From positions 1-40,338 of the forward strand of contig JBBDJA010000005.1 in NCBI GenBank assembly GCA_040880105.1: a DNA stretch of 40,338 nucleotides, written 5' to 3'. The notes below the pieces were generated by a model. It was not told where the DNA came from, ran no database searches, and saw only the letters and a list, made by a program, of their open reading frames with translations. Source of the DNA: Waddliaceae bacterium. Lineage in GTDB: Bacteria > Chlamydiota > Chlamydiia > Chlamydiales > SLOH01. A program made the translations under genes and the position numbers. This document shows positions 27,615-36,228 of this stretch, piece after piece; position 1 is the first letter of the stretch, and every line of letters starts with the position of its first letter.

Positions 27615-28706
27615 TTATCTCCTATAATATTTTTCATTTATTGTTTTTAATAATGACTCATATGATTCATAGCGAAGTGAGGAGATCTCCCCCTCCTTCA
27701 CAGCTTTTTTTACTAGGCACATCTCCTCATGAGAATGCGTGCAATTTGAGAAGCGACACCCCTTTCCCACCTCATAGATCTCTCTGAAATATTGTTCAAG
27801 CTCTTGTTTTTGCAGATCCCAGAGCCCAAAGCTTTTGATACCTGGGGTATCGATGCAAAAGCCCCCGAATTCAAGAGGAAGGAGGCTTGCGCGCGTGGTC
27901 GTATGTGACCCCTTTTTCGTTCTCCTCACAGTCTCTCCGACAGCTAAGTCGAGGTTTGCAATCGTATTAATTAAAGAAGATTTTCCAACCCCCGACTGCC
28001 CGGAAAAGACGGACGCTCTGGATTTCATCTGAGAAATTAGATCATCCATGCCAGCATGGGTCACAATACTAAGTGGAATCAAGGGGATATTTGCCCTCTC
28101 GTAGGCAACTTTTGCCTCCTCGAAGCGGAAAAGTTCACTCTCTCGAACGGCCGAATCGATGCTTTCATCATGCAAAAGGTCAATTTTATTAATTAGAATG
28201 ACCGGGTCCATATTCCCCTTTCGCGCCGCAATAATATAGCGGTCAATTAATGCCGGGTTGAGCAAAGGAGTGCAGACAGATCCTGTGATTAACACCTGGT
28301 CGATATTGGATGCGATCACCTGCTCGCGATGCTGCGAAATCGCATCCCGTCGAGAGAGAATGGAGCGCCTTGGCATTACAGAGAGGATCACCCCTTCCGT
28401 ATCGGAAATTTTTTCAAACCGAACAAAATCCCCGACAGTCACAATGTTTTTGATCCGTCCCCGCTCTTTTTTAAGAGATCCTCTCAACGTACAGACAATT
28501 ACCTTTTCATCACATAACACAACGATCTCTTGTGAAATAATAGAGAGAACGCGCCCCTTTAAGAGCGACTCATCATCCACTTTTTTAAGAACCTTATCCT
28601 GGTCACTCTTCTTATATTTCGAGCGGTCTTGCGCCTGTTTGCGCTTTCTTTCCTGGCGGGCAATTTTACGTCCGTCTTTAAATAGACTCTCTTCATCGAA
28701 GTTCAT
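27615..28706 (-). CDS. rsgA: Ribosome small subunit-dependent GTPase
   Basis: VGD.V, NKIDL, GQSGVGKSSLIN, G.HTTT, IDTPG, C.FSNCTH.HE..C. Confidence 0.96.
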   Translation of the reverse strand: MNFDEESLFKDGRKIARQERKRKQAQDRSKYKKSDQDKVLKKVDDESLLKGRVLSIISQEIVVLCDEKVIVCTLRGSLKKERGRIKNIVTVGDFVRFEKISDTEGVILSVMPRRSILSRRDAISQHREQVIASNIDQVLITGSVCTPLLNPALIDRYIIAARKGNMDPVILINKIDLLHDESIDSAVRESELFRFEEAKVAYERANIPLIPLSIVTHAGMDDLISQMKSRASVFSGQSGVGKSSLINTIANLDLAVGETVRRTKKGSHTTTRASLLPLEFGGFCIDTPGIKSFGLWDLQKQELEQYFREIYEVGKGCRFSNCTHSHEEMCLVKKAVKEGEISSLRYESYESLLKTINEKYYRR

Positions 28707-29412
28707 AAAGTAAGATTCCTCCGGCTACTGCAACATTTAGAGACTCCATTTCGGAACTCATTGACAAAGTGATCGCCTGGCAACAGCGGCGCGCTGTCTC
28801 AGAAACCCCAAGAGATTCATTTCCAACAACTAACACAATCGGCTGATTAAGTGCTTTAGGCGGAGAGCCGCCTTTAAGATCCGCGACAAGTGCCTTTGCC
28901 CCATTTTTAGAAATCAAAGAATTTAAATCTTCCCAATTTCCCCACGCTAAAGGAAGCGTAAAAGTGGCACCTTTCGCCGCCCGCAGCGCCTTATCATTAA
29001 AAGGATCGCAAGCCCCTTCAAGTAAGAAAACCCCATCCCAGCCAAAGGCAAGCGCCGTTCGGATCAGTGTCCCCATATTTCCCGGGTCAGAGACCCCGTC
29101 CATGACAAGAATCCGCCTCTTCCCCTCCAGAGATTGAAACGCCGGCAACTCCGCAATAGCCGCAGCCCCCTCCGGCGAGGCGATCCCCCAAATCTTTTTC
29201 ATCACAGCCGCGCTAACGACAATAAGCGCCTCATAAGAGACACCTTCCGGAAGCGACTGTTCATCGGTGACAATCAGGGTTTGCACTTTTGGCAGTAACA
29301 TCTTTTTCCCTAAGAGCAAAACCGACCGCGTCGACTCGCGCTCTTTTCTCTCCGTGCGTAGCCGCACAAAATGCTTAACCAAAGGGTGACTTGGACTTGT
29401 AATTGTTTTCAT
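28693..29412 (-). CDS. TrmH/SpoU-family RNA 2'-O-methyltransferase
   Basis: DPGNMGTLIRTA.AFG, VGNE..GVS, ESLNVAVAGGILLY. Confidence 0.93.
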   Translation of the reverse strand: MKTITSPSHPLVKHFVRLRTERKERESTRSVLLLGKKMLLPKVQTLIVTDEQSLPEGVSYEALIVVSAAVMKKIWGIASPEGAAAIAELPAFQSLEGKRRILVMDGVSDPGNMGTLIRTALAFGWDGVFLLEGACDPFNDKALRAAKGATFTLPLAWGNWEDLNSLISKNGAKALVADLKGGSPPKALNQPIVLVVGNESLGVSETARRCCQAITLSMSSEMESLNVAVAGGILLYELR

Positions 29413-30581
29413 GGAAATAATTGATTCAAAATCGGTTTGGGATCGTGAAGATCTTGGGTAATGGCAATGCGCTCGGCCTTTTCCAGCAGCTGCCCCATCT
29501 CAACCCCCGGATTAATTCCGGCCTCCATTAAATCGGAAGAGCGGATTAACGGGCTCTTTTTTATCACACGCTGAATATGCGGCATCAGATTTTCTCGGCT
29601 CAATTTGTGGTGCGGAAATGCCATACCATATTCAACCTCCACCATTGCAAGTGTCGCCTCAGCAAGCGGGTCGGCAAAGAAATAGACAAGATCCACAAGG
29701 TCGGGATTTTTTTTCGTCAAAAGCTCTCGCCCCTTCATTAAAAGCTTCGCTTGTTTCAGCTCTTTTGTGCTTGTTTTTAGCCTCAAGCAAATCTCTTCCA
29801 CTTTTTCCACCGTCGCATCAGGAAAGAGCTGCATCACAGAAAAAATGGCCGGCGACCCTTCCGGAATCGCAATCGGTTGAATGCGCACCCCTTTAAGCTC
29901 GGGAAATATTTCACTAAGAAGACCTGACGCATCCAGATCCAATAGAGCCTTTTCAAAGTTTGCCCCTTTTGCCATCTTTTGCCACTCTTGCCAAACCCGC
30001 TCGACTGCAACAGCCGGAAAAAGGGTGTGGGCATGTCTGCATATGGCATCCCAAGTCTCTTGCGCAATCGAAAAATCAAAGCGATTGGCAAAGCGAATGG
30101 CTCGAATCAACCGTAGGCGGTCCTCTTTAAATCGCTCATCGGGACTGCCGATCGTTTGAATGCATTTTTTTTCGATATCTTCAAGACCCTTGACAAAGTC
30201 ATAAATTTTCTCGCTTATCGGATCATAGAACATCCCGTTAATCGTAAAATCGCGCCTCTTCGCATCGTCTTCCGGGGTTGCAAGCGCAAATCCCACCGGA
30301 CGCCTTCCGTCATGATATTCAAAATCCTTTCTAAAAGTCGCCACCTCAAAAATAATCCCATCAATCGGCACGACAACAACTCCAAAGGCGATCCCCACAT
30401 GCGACCCCCCGGGGAAAAGCTCAAGGATTTCCCGAGGACTTGCGCTTGTTGCGATATCGATATCATCTGACGGATGGCCCATTACAAAGTCGCGCACCCA
30501 TCCGCCCGCAAAATAGGCAATGTATCCGGCATCCTTCAGGGCCTCAACTATCTGTGTTGCAAATTTAAGTGCTCTTGTCAT
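29409..30581 (-). CDS. cca: CCA tRNA nucleotidyltransferase / poly(A) polymerase family
   Basis: GGWVRD, DIDIAT, EVATFR, DGRRP, RRDFTING, EDRLRLIRAIRF; ATG 30581 preferred. Confidence 0.88.
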   Translation of the reverse strand: MTRALKFATQIVEALKDAGYIAYFAGGWVRDFVMGHPSDDIDIATSASPREILELFPGGSHVGIAFGVVVVPIDGIIFEVATFRKDFEYHDGRRPVGFALATPEDDAKRRDFTINGMFYDPISEKIYDFVKGLEDIEKKCIQTIGSPDERFKEDRLRLIRAIRFANRFDFSIAQETWDAICRHAHTLFPAVAVERVWQEWQKMAKGANFEKALLDLDASGLLSEIFPELKGVRIQPIAIPEGSPAIFSVMQLFPDATVEKVEEICLRLKTSTKELKQAKLLMKGRELLTKKNPDLVDLVYFFADPLAEATLAMVEVEYGMAFPHHKLSRENLMPHIQRVIKKSPLIRSSDLMEAGINPGVEMGQLLEKAERIAITQDLHDPKPILNQLFP

Positions 30582-30617
30582 CTTTGATATTATACCCGTA
30601 TAATGGACATAAATCAA
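30575..30617. promoter_or_regulatory. Overlapping divergent promoters for cca and mutL
   Basis: Plus strand TTGTCA-N18-TATAAT (30575-30604); minus strand TTGATT-N17-TATAAT (30617-30589). Confidence 0.65.
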
Positions 30618-30628
30618 TGAGCGTTAAC

Positions 30629-32293
30629 ATGCCAAGCAAAATCCGCATCTTAGATGAACACACAATCAATCAAATCAAAGCAGGCGAGGTCATTGAAAAC
30701 CCCGCATCCGTAGTCAAAGAGCTCGTGGAAAATTCCCTCGATGCCGGATCTACAGAAATTATCATCGAAATCCGCGCCGGGGGTCGCCAGCTGATCCGCA
30801 TCACCGACAACGGCTCCGGCATGGGAGAAGATGATGCGCTACTCTCCTTTGAAAAGCACGCCACCTCAAAGTTACACGCCCTTGACGATCTGCACATGAT
30901 CGATACCATGGGGTTCCGAGGAGAAGCCGTCCCCTCGATCGCCTCATGCTCCAAAGTCACACTTTTAACAAGTGAAGGAGGCCAAGGCACTAGAATTTAC
31001 GTCGAGGGTGGAAAAATCAAACAGTGTACAGACGTCACATGTGCAAAAGGAACGACATTCGAAGTCGCCGCACTCTTTTACAACACCCCCGTGCGCAAAA
31101 AATTTCAACGCTCTCCAAGTCAAGACAGCGCCGACATTCATAAAATGCTAGTCGGACTTGCCCTTGGAAATCCACAAGTTGCCTTTCGTTTTATCCGCGA
31201 TGAAAAACAAGTCTTCTCCCTCAATCCATCTTCTCTTAAGGAGCGCATCCGCGAAACACTTGGAGAGGAGTTTACTAAAGACCTCCTTCCCATTAAAAAA
31301 GAGGGAGACATTTGCATCTCCGGTTGGATCGGAGAGCCGACAGCCTCTCGCCATAACCGGCTTGGACAGTACCTCTTTTTCAACAGGCGCCGCATTTACT
31401 CACCCCTTGTCTCCCGCGCTGTGATCGACGGTTACGGACCCACGCTTCCCCATTCAAGACACCCCATCTTTATCTTGCATATTACACTTCCCGGAGATCT
31501 TATTGACGCCAACGTTCATCCGCAAAAAAGAGAAGTGCGCCTAAGAGAAGAATCTAGGCTAAAGCAAAGCCTCTTTGATGCCGTTGACAACGCCTTAAGG
31601 GGAACGGAAAAAGAGATGCCGATCCCCATCCCCTCATTTCGTGAGACCCCAAGCTTTGCACCCTTGCCTAGACAAAATATGTACGTCAAAGAGAAAGAAG
31701 AGGAGTATAAGTGGACCTTCACAAAAGAGGAGCCGGAGCCAAGTCGCGCTAACTTCATAGAATCGATCCCCGGATACGTCCTCCTAAAAAATGCATCGAA
31801 CCAACTCATCATCCTTGATCAGCGCGCAGCGCACGCAAGAGTTCTCTATGAACAACTCGGAAATACGAAACAAACCGAAAAACTCAGCCAAGCCTTATTA
31901 ATTCCCGAAACCCTCAAATTCACAACAGAGGAGTCGCAATTACTCACCTCTCACCTTGAGCTAATCAAAAAAATCGGTGTAGAGATCGATGAATTTGGAA
32001 AAGAGACCTTCATTATTCGCGCTCTCCCCCCAATCCAAGGAGAAACCAATTTGAAACAGTGGCTCCTCTCCCTCGTTGAAAATCCATCAAAGCCGCAAGA
32101 CAAACTAAAGAGACTTGCCTTTTTAGCAGCCATCTCATCGACGCGCAAACTCTTTAACGAAGAGGCTTTACTTCTTTACAAACAACTCATTTCATGCGAT
32201 CATCCTCGGCTGTGTCCTAGAGGAAATAAAACATGGGTTGTGTTTTCCCCCGAGACTATCGGCTACCTATTTGAAAAAGGAGCTACTTCATGA
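30629..32293 (+). CDS. mutL: DNA mismatch repair protein MutL (start 30617 or 30629)
   Basis: AGEVIENPASVVKELVENSLDAG, DNGSGM, HATSK, MGFRGEA, D.NVHP.K.EVR, DQRAAHARVLYE, CPRG. Confidence 0.97.
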   Translation: MPSKIRILDEHTINQIKAGEVIENPASVVKELVENSLDAGSTEIIIEIRAGGRQLIRITDNGSGMGEDDALLSFEKHATSKLHALDDLHMIDTMGFRGEAVPSIASCSKVTLLTSEGGQGTRIYVEGGKIKQCTDVTCAKGTTFEVAALFYNTPVRKKFQRSPSQDSADIHKMLVGLALGNPQVAFRFIRDEKQVFSLNPSSLKERIRETLGEEFTKDLLPIKKEGDICISGWIGEPTASRHNRLGQYLFFNRRRIYSPLVSRAVIDGYGPTLPHSRHPIFILHITLPGDLIDANVHPQKREVRLREESRLKQSLFDAVDNALRGTEKEMPIPIPSFRETPSFAPLPRQNMYVKEKEEEYKWTFTKEEPEPSRANFIESIPGYVLLKNASNQLIILDQRAAHARVLYEQLGNTKQTEKLSQALLIPETLKFTTEESQLLTSHLELIKKIGVEIDEFGKETFIIRALPPIQGETNLKQWLLSLVENPSKPQDKLKRLAFLAAISSTRKLFNEEALLLYKQLISCDHPRLCPRGNKTWVVFSPETIGYLFEKGATS

Positions 32294-33351
32294 CTCGAAT
32301 TGATCATCTTAAAAACCTATTATCAGAGTACAAGTGCGATGCGATCATCGTCACTCACCCGATAGACCTCTATTACCTCACAAAACAGAACATTTCAGCA
32401 GGAACATTGATTGTAACAACAGAAAGCGCCCATCTTTTTGTCGACGGACGCTACTTTGAAAAATGCAAGGAGTCCCTCGGATTTAAAGTCATTGAAGCGC
32501 GCGCAAACAACTGGACTAAAGAGCTCAAGGAACTTCCCCAAATCAAATCCATTGGCTTTGATGCCAATACCACTTCTTACTCAAATTATTTAGACCTGAA
32601 AGAAAAACTCAATGCAAAGCTCATCCCCGTCAAAGGCATCGGGCAAAACCTCCGCCTCATCAAAGATTCAGAAGAAATCGAAAAATTAAAAAAAGCTGCC
32701 ACCCTTTGCCGCGAAGGATATCACCACATTTGCAATCTGCTTCAAGAAGGAGTCACTGAAAAAGAGCTATCGACCGCACTTGAAATCTTTTGGAAACAGA
32801 AAGCAGATGCAAAACTTGCATTTGAACCCATCATCGCATTTGGAACAAACAGCTCAATGCCCCACTACACGCCTGGAAATGTTCCACTTAAAAAGGGCGA
32901 CACTGTCTTAATTGACATCGGCGTTGAACTTGAAAATTACTGCTCCGACATGACAAGAACCCTCTTCTTTCATTCAGCAAACAAAGAGATCCGTCACATC
33001 TACAGTATTGTGAAGCAAGCCAATGAAGCTGCCATTCAACTCTGCACTCCTGGCACATTGATTAAATCGCTTGATGAAGCTGCGCGCAGTCTCATTGAAA
33101 CTGCCGGATTTGGAAAACAGTTTTTACACAGCTTAGGCCATGGCCTCGGACTTGAAGTGCATGAACTGCCATTTCTCAGCCCCACCTCCACTTTTGGCAA
33201 TCAAACCCTCAAACCCGGAATGGTCATCACAATCGAGCCGGGCATCTATATCCCGGGAGTTGGCGGCGTTCGAATTGAAGACACCCTCGTCATCACCGCC
33301 TCCGGACACGAAAATTTAACTAATCTCTCTAAGGACATAAAAATTTACTAA
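32290..33351 (+). CDS. Xaa-Pro aminopeptidase (M24B)
   Basis: VDGRY, R.IKD..EI, LIDIG, YCSDMTRT, HSLGHGLGLEVHE, TIEPGIY, GVRIED. Confidence 0.95.
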   Translation: MTRIDHLKNLLSEYKCDAIIVTHPIDLYYLTKQNISAGTLIVTTESAHLFVDGRYFEKCKESLGFKVIEARANNWTKELKELPQIKSIGFDANTTSYSNYLDLKEKLNAKLIPVKGIGQNLRLIKDSEEIEKLKKAATLCREGYHHICNLLQEGVTEKELSTALEIFWKQKADAKLAFEPIIAFGTNSSMPHYTPGNVPLKKGDTVLIDIGVELENYCSDMTRTLFFHSANKEIRHIYSIVKQANEAAIQLCTPGTLIKSLDEAARSLIETAGFGKQFLHSLGHGLGLEVHELPFLSPTSTFGNQTLKPGMVITIEPGIYIPGVGGVRIEDTLVITASGHENLTNLSKDIKIY

Positions 33352-33352
33352 A

Positions 33353-34195
33353 ATGGAAATTATCAATCGCCGCCTATCTTCCGATGGAAGTGTCAAATAC
33401 GTGTTTAAAAATGAGAAAGAGTATCGATTTGAAACAATCTACTTTCTGTTTCAAGGATTAAAATACGGTGAATACGTCGAGACGCCGACCCTTTGCATCT
33501 CCTCGCAAGCTGGTTGCGCGATGAAATGCACATTCTGCGCCACAGGCAAAGGCGGTTTTTTTTCCAACTTAAGTACCCGGGAAATGCAAGCCCAAGTGGA
33601 ACTTGTCCAAAAAGATTTAGAAACCCTTGGTAAACCCAAAGCGACAGGCATCGCCATGATGGGAATGGGCGAGCCGCTGATGAACTATTCACAAGTATTA
33701 AACTTTCATGATGTGATGAAAGAGAGCTATAATATTTCAATCTCAACTGTTGGTATCGTCCCTTCCATTGAAAAATTAGCGGGCAAGGAAGATCTTCGCC
33801 TGAGACTTTACATCTCTATCCACTCCCCTTACGAAGAAGAGAGAAGCAAGATCATCCCGATTAACAATAAATACCCATTATCGACCCTTATTCCCGCGTG
33901 CGAAAACTATGCAAAAAAGAAAGGGAAAGTGATCGCAAGCTACCTGCTCTTAAAAGGGGTGAATGACACCCTTCAACACGCAGAAGACCTTGCTCAAATG
34001 CTAAACCCTAACTATTTTGAAACGCAAATCTTGCTCTTCAACGCCGTTGAGGGGATTCACTTTCAAAGGCCCCAAGACGACACCGCCCACCAATTTGCCG
34101 AAGTGTTAAAAAAACGCGGCCTCGTCAGCCAAGTGATCATCAGCAAGGGAAGGGATATCGGCGGCGGATGCGGCCAACTCGTGCAAAACAGTTAA
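33353..34195 (+). CDS. RlmN/Cfr-like radical SAM methyltransferase lacking the N-terminal domain
   Basis: CISSQAGCAMKCTFCATG, MGMGEP, ISTVG, SIH, GVND, GGCGQL; only 280 aa. Confidence 0.88.
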   Translation: MEIINRRLSSDGSVKYVFKNEKEYRFETIYFLFQGLKYGEYVETPTLCISSQAGCAMKCTFCATGKGGFFSNLSTREMQAQVELVQKDLETLGKPKATGIAMMGMGEPLMNYSQVLNFHDVMKESYNISISTVGIVPSIEKLAGKEDLRLRLYISIHSPYEEERSKIIPINNKYPLSTLIPACENYAKKKGKVIASYLLLKGVNDTLQHAEDLAQMLNPNYFETQILLFNAVEGIHFQRPQDDTAHQFAEVLKKRGLVSQVIISKGRDIGGGCGQLVQNS

Positions 34196-34241
34196 CCCTC
34201 TTAGGTAACTGCCCTTAACCACATCCACCGAACCAGAAGTA

Positions 34242-35126
34242 CTACTCTTTGACTTCAGAACCTGAACTGTCTTCTTGCACTTGGCTCTTCGAAGGAGAAC
34301 CTGGCCCTTTTCCCAATGACTCTTCTAATACTTTTACTCTACCTTTCATTTCTTCTAATTTACTTTCCACCGCAGACTGAATCTCTATAGCTGGAAAAGC
34401 AGATAATTTTATTTTGAGACGATCTCTATCAGACTCAGTTTTACATTCTTCATATTGCTCAAGCTGTCTATCTTTAATTTCTCCCAAAGTGCTATTTAGT
34501 TTTTTAAGAGTGTTAACTTGACCTTGTAATAAATTTTTATAAATAGTACGAGTACTATGAACAGCGATTTCTAATTCGCTTTTACTTTCCTCGAGGTGTT
34601 GTGTATTAGGACAATAGAAATTCCCACCAAATTTATAATTATTAATCTCAAGATATCTCGTACTACGGTCTGTTATATCACAATACAGCCTCTTAACACC
34701 GTTTCCCACAGTAACCCCACCAAAAACGATAGTTAATGGCGCCATACAAATCATCATAATTGCATGCATAATAACATCAGGCTGCGGAAGTGATACTGCA
34801 ACTAAAACAGGGAAGACGATCATTGCAACCCCAAGAGCAATGAGTGCAATTCCACCGATAATTAATGCTATGTCGATAAGAATGGAAAGAGCTTTTTGTT
34901 TTTTCGGATTTTTCTTATTCCAGTCTATATTTTCACCAAGACGCGTAATCTCCCTATTCTCCGTTTTTAGTGTCTTATCAATTTTCTGCACTTCTTCACC
35001 TAATTTTGTGAATATCGAAAGACTCTCTAAGCACTCATTGGTTTCTTTTCGACCTATATGACTGTAAGTAAATGGAGCAAAATATCTCTCTGTTTCATTG
35101 ATAATACCATTAAATGTTATGTTCAT
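34242..35126 (-). CDS. Inc-like protein (coiled coil, bilobed hydrophobic domain, coiled coil)
   Basis: Two adjacent long hydrophobic segments between charged helical regions; AT-rich; GGAG SD before ATG 35126. Confidence 0.7.
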   Translation of the reverse strand: MNITFNGIINETERYFAPFTYSHIGRKETNECLESLSIFTKLGEEVQKIDKTLKTENREITRLGENIDWNKKNPKKQKALSILIDIALIIGGIALIALGVAMIVFPVLVAVSLPQPDVIMHAIMMICMAPLTIVFGGVTVGNGVKRLYCDITDRSTRYLEINNYKFGGNFYCPNTQHLEESKSELEIAVHSTRTIYKNLLQGQVNTLKKLNSTLGEIKDRQLEQYEECKTESDRDRLKIKLSAFPAIEIQSAVESKLEEMKGRVKVLEESLGKGPGSPSKSQVQEDSSGSEVKE

Positions 35127-35306
35127 TAGAAACTCCATATCTAAGTTTTAGAAAATTATTATAACACAATATTATTAAGTTAATGTAAAGTTTCGACACA
35201 AAACAGTAAAATTAAACACAATACACTTTAAAAGTAATTTAATAATGATCTAAATCAGAATATATAGGGGACCTTGCTAAAATAGAGATTGGCTCCTTCT
35301 TATGTA

Positions 35307-36086
35307 CTACTCTTGGAAGTTGAGTGGATCAGACCCAGACACCTGCCTATCTATTTCCAGACCTCCGAACTCTATCTCTAACTGATCCTCTACGGCCCTA
35401 CGAATATCTCTTAACACCTGAGGATTTTTCACTCTTATCTGTTCTTGTGTTAACATCCCCTTTAAATCTTGAAGATTGTCAACTAACCAACGAGATATTT
35501 CTCTATTTGCGTTCTCGATGTTTTTATTGGTCTCTTCGAAATGTTGAATTTTTTGAATTATACTCATCATCTCCTGGGATTTCTCACTAAGAAGAACATC
35601 TGCAGTCGGACGTGTGAGATCGCGATACAGTCGCAAAGCGCCATAACCCCCAAACCCGAAACCACTTGCGATATAGGCACATCCAAAAGTCATCCCGATT
35701 GCACCCAAGATAAAAAATCCGGGATTTGAAATAAGCGCCGCACTTGCGATACAAATCCCAAATCCTAATATCGGCAATATAACGCCTGCGATAATGATTG
35801 CAGTGTCTATCAAAATGGCCTTAGCCATTTGTTTCATTGGATGCTTCGCGTCCGATTCTAGCTGTTGACAAATCTCTACAATCTCTCTCTTTTTTTCCGA
35901 TAACAAACCAATCTCATCTCTATTTTTCGATAATAACTCGCTGTTCTCTTGCCTTTTATTGAAGTTAGTGATGATTCTATTTATCCCTTTAAGAGCGTTT
36001 TCTTTTTCTTTTGGCCTATTATCCCAATGACTGCGAATATATTCACAACTCTCTTCCATGTAGGAAGTAAAATTATTAATGCTCAT
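35307..36086 (-). CDS. Inc-like protein, paralogue of the adjacent gene
   Basis: Same architecture; ILIDTAIIIAG...RLYRDLT versus ILIDIALIIGG...RLYCDIT. Confidence 0.7.
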   Translation of the reverse strand: MSINNFTSYMEESCEYIRSHWDNRPKEKENALKGINRIITNFNKRQENSELLSKNRDEIGLLSEKKREIVEICQQLESDAKHPMKQMAKAILIDTAIIIAGVILPILGFGICIASAALISNPGFFILGAIGMTFGCAYIASGFGFGGYGALRLYRDLTRPTADVLLSEKSQEMMSIIQKIQHFEETNKNIENANREISRWLVDNLQDLKGMLTQEQIRVKNPQVLRDIRRAVEDQLEIEFGGLEIDRQVSGSDPLNFQE

Positions 36087-36228
36087 AAAAACCACATATT
36101 TTATTTAAACTTAAAACAAAAATAAAACATTACTATTAAGTTACGATTAAGAAATCTAATATCTCGAATTTTTCAAAGATTTCTTTATCCGTTCTTAATC
36201 ATCTGTATTGTACAATTGGATCAAAAAA

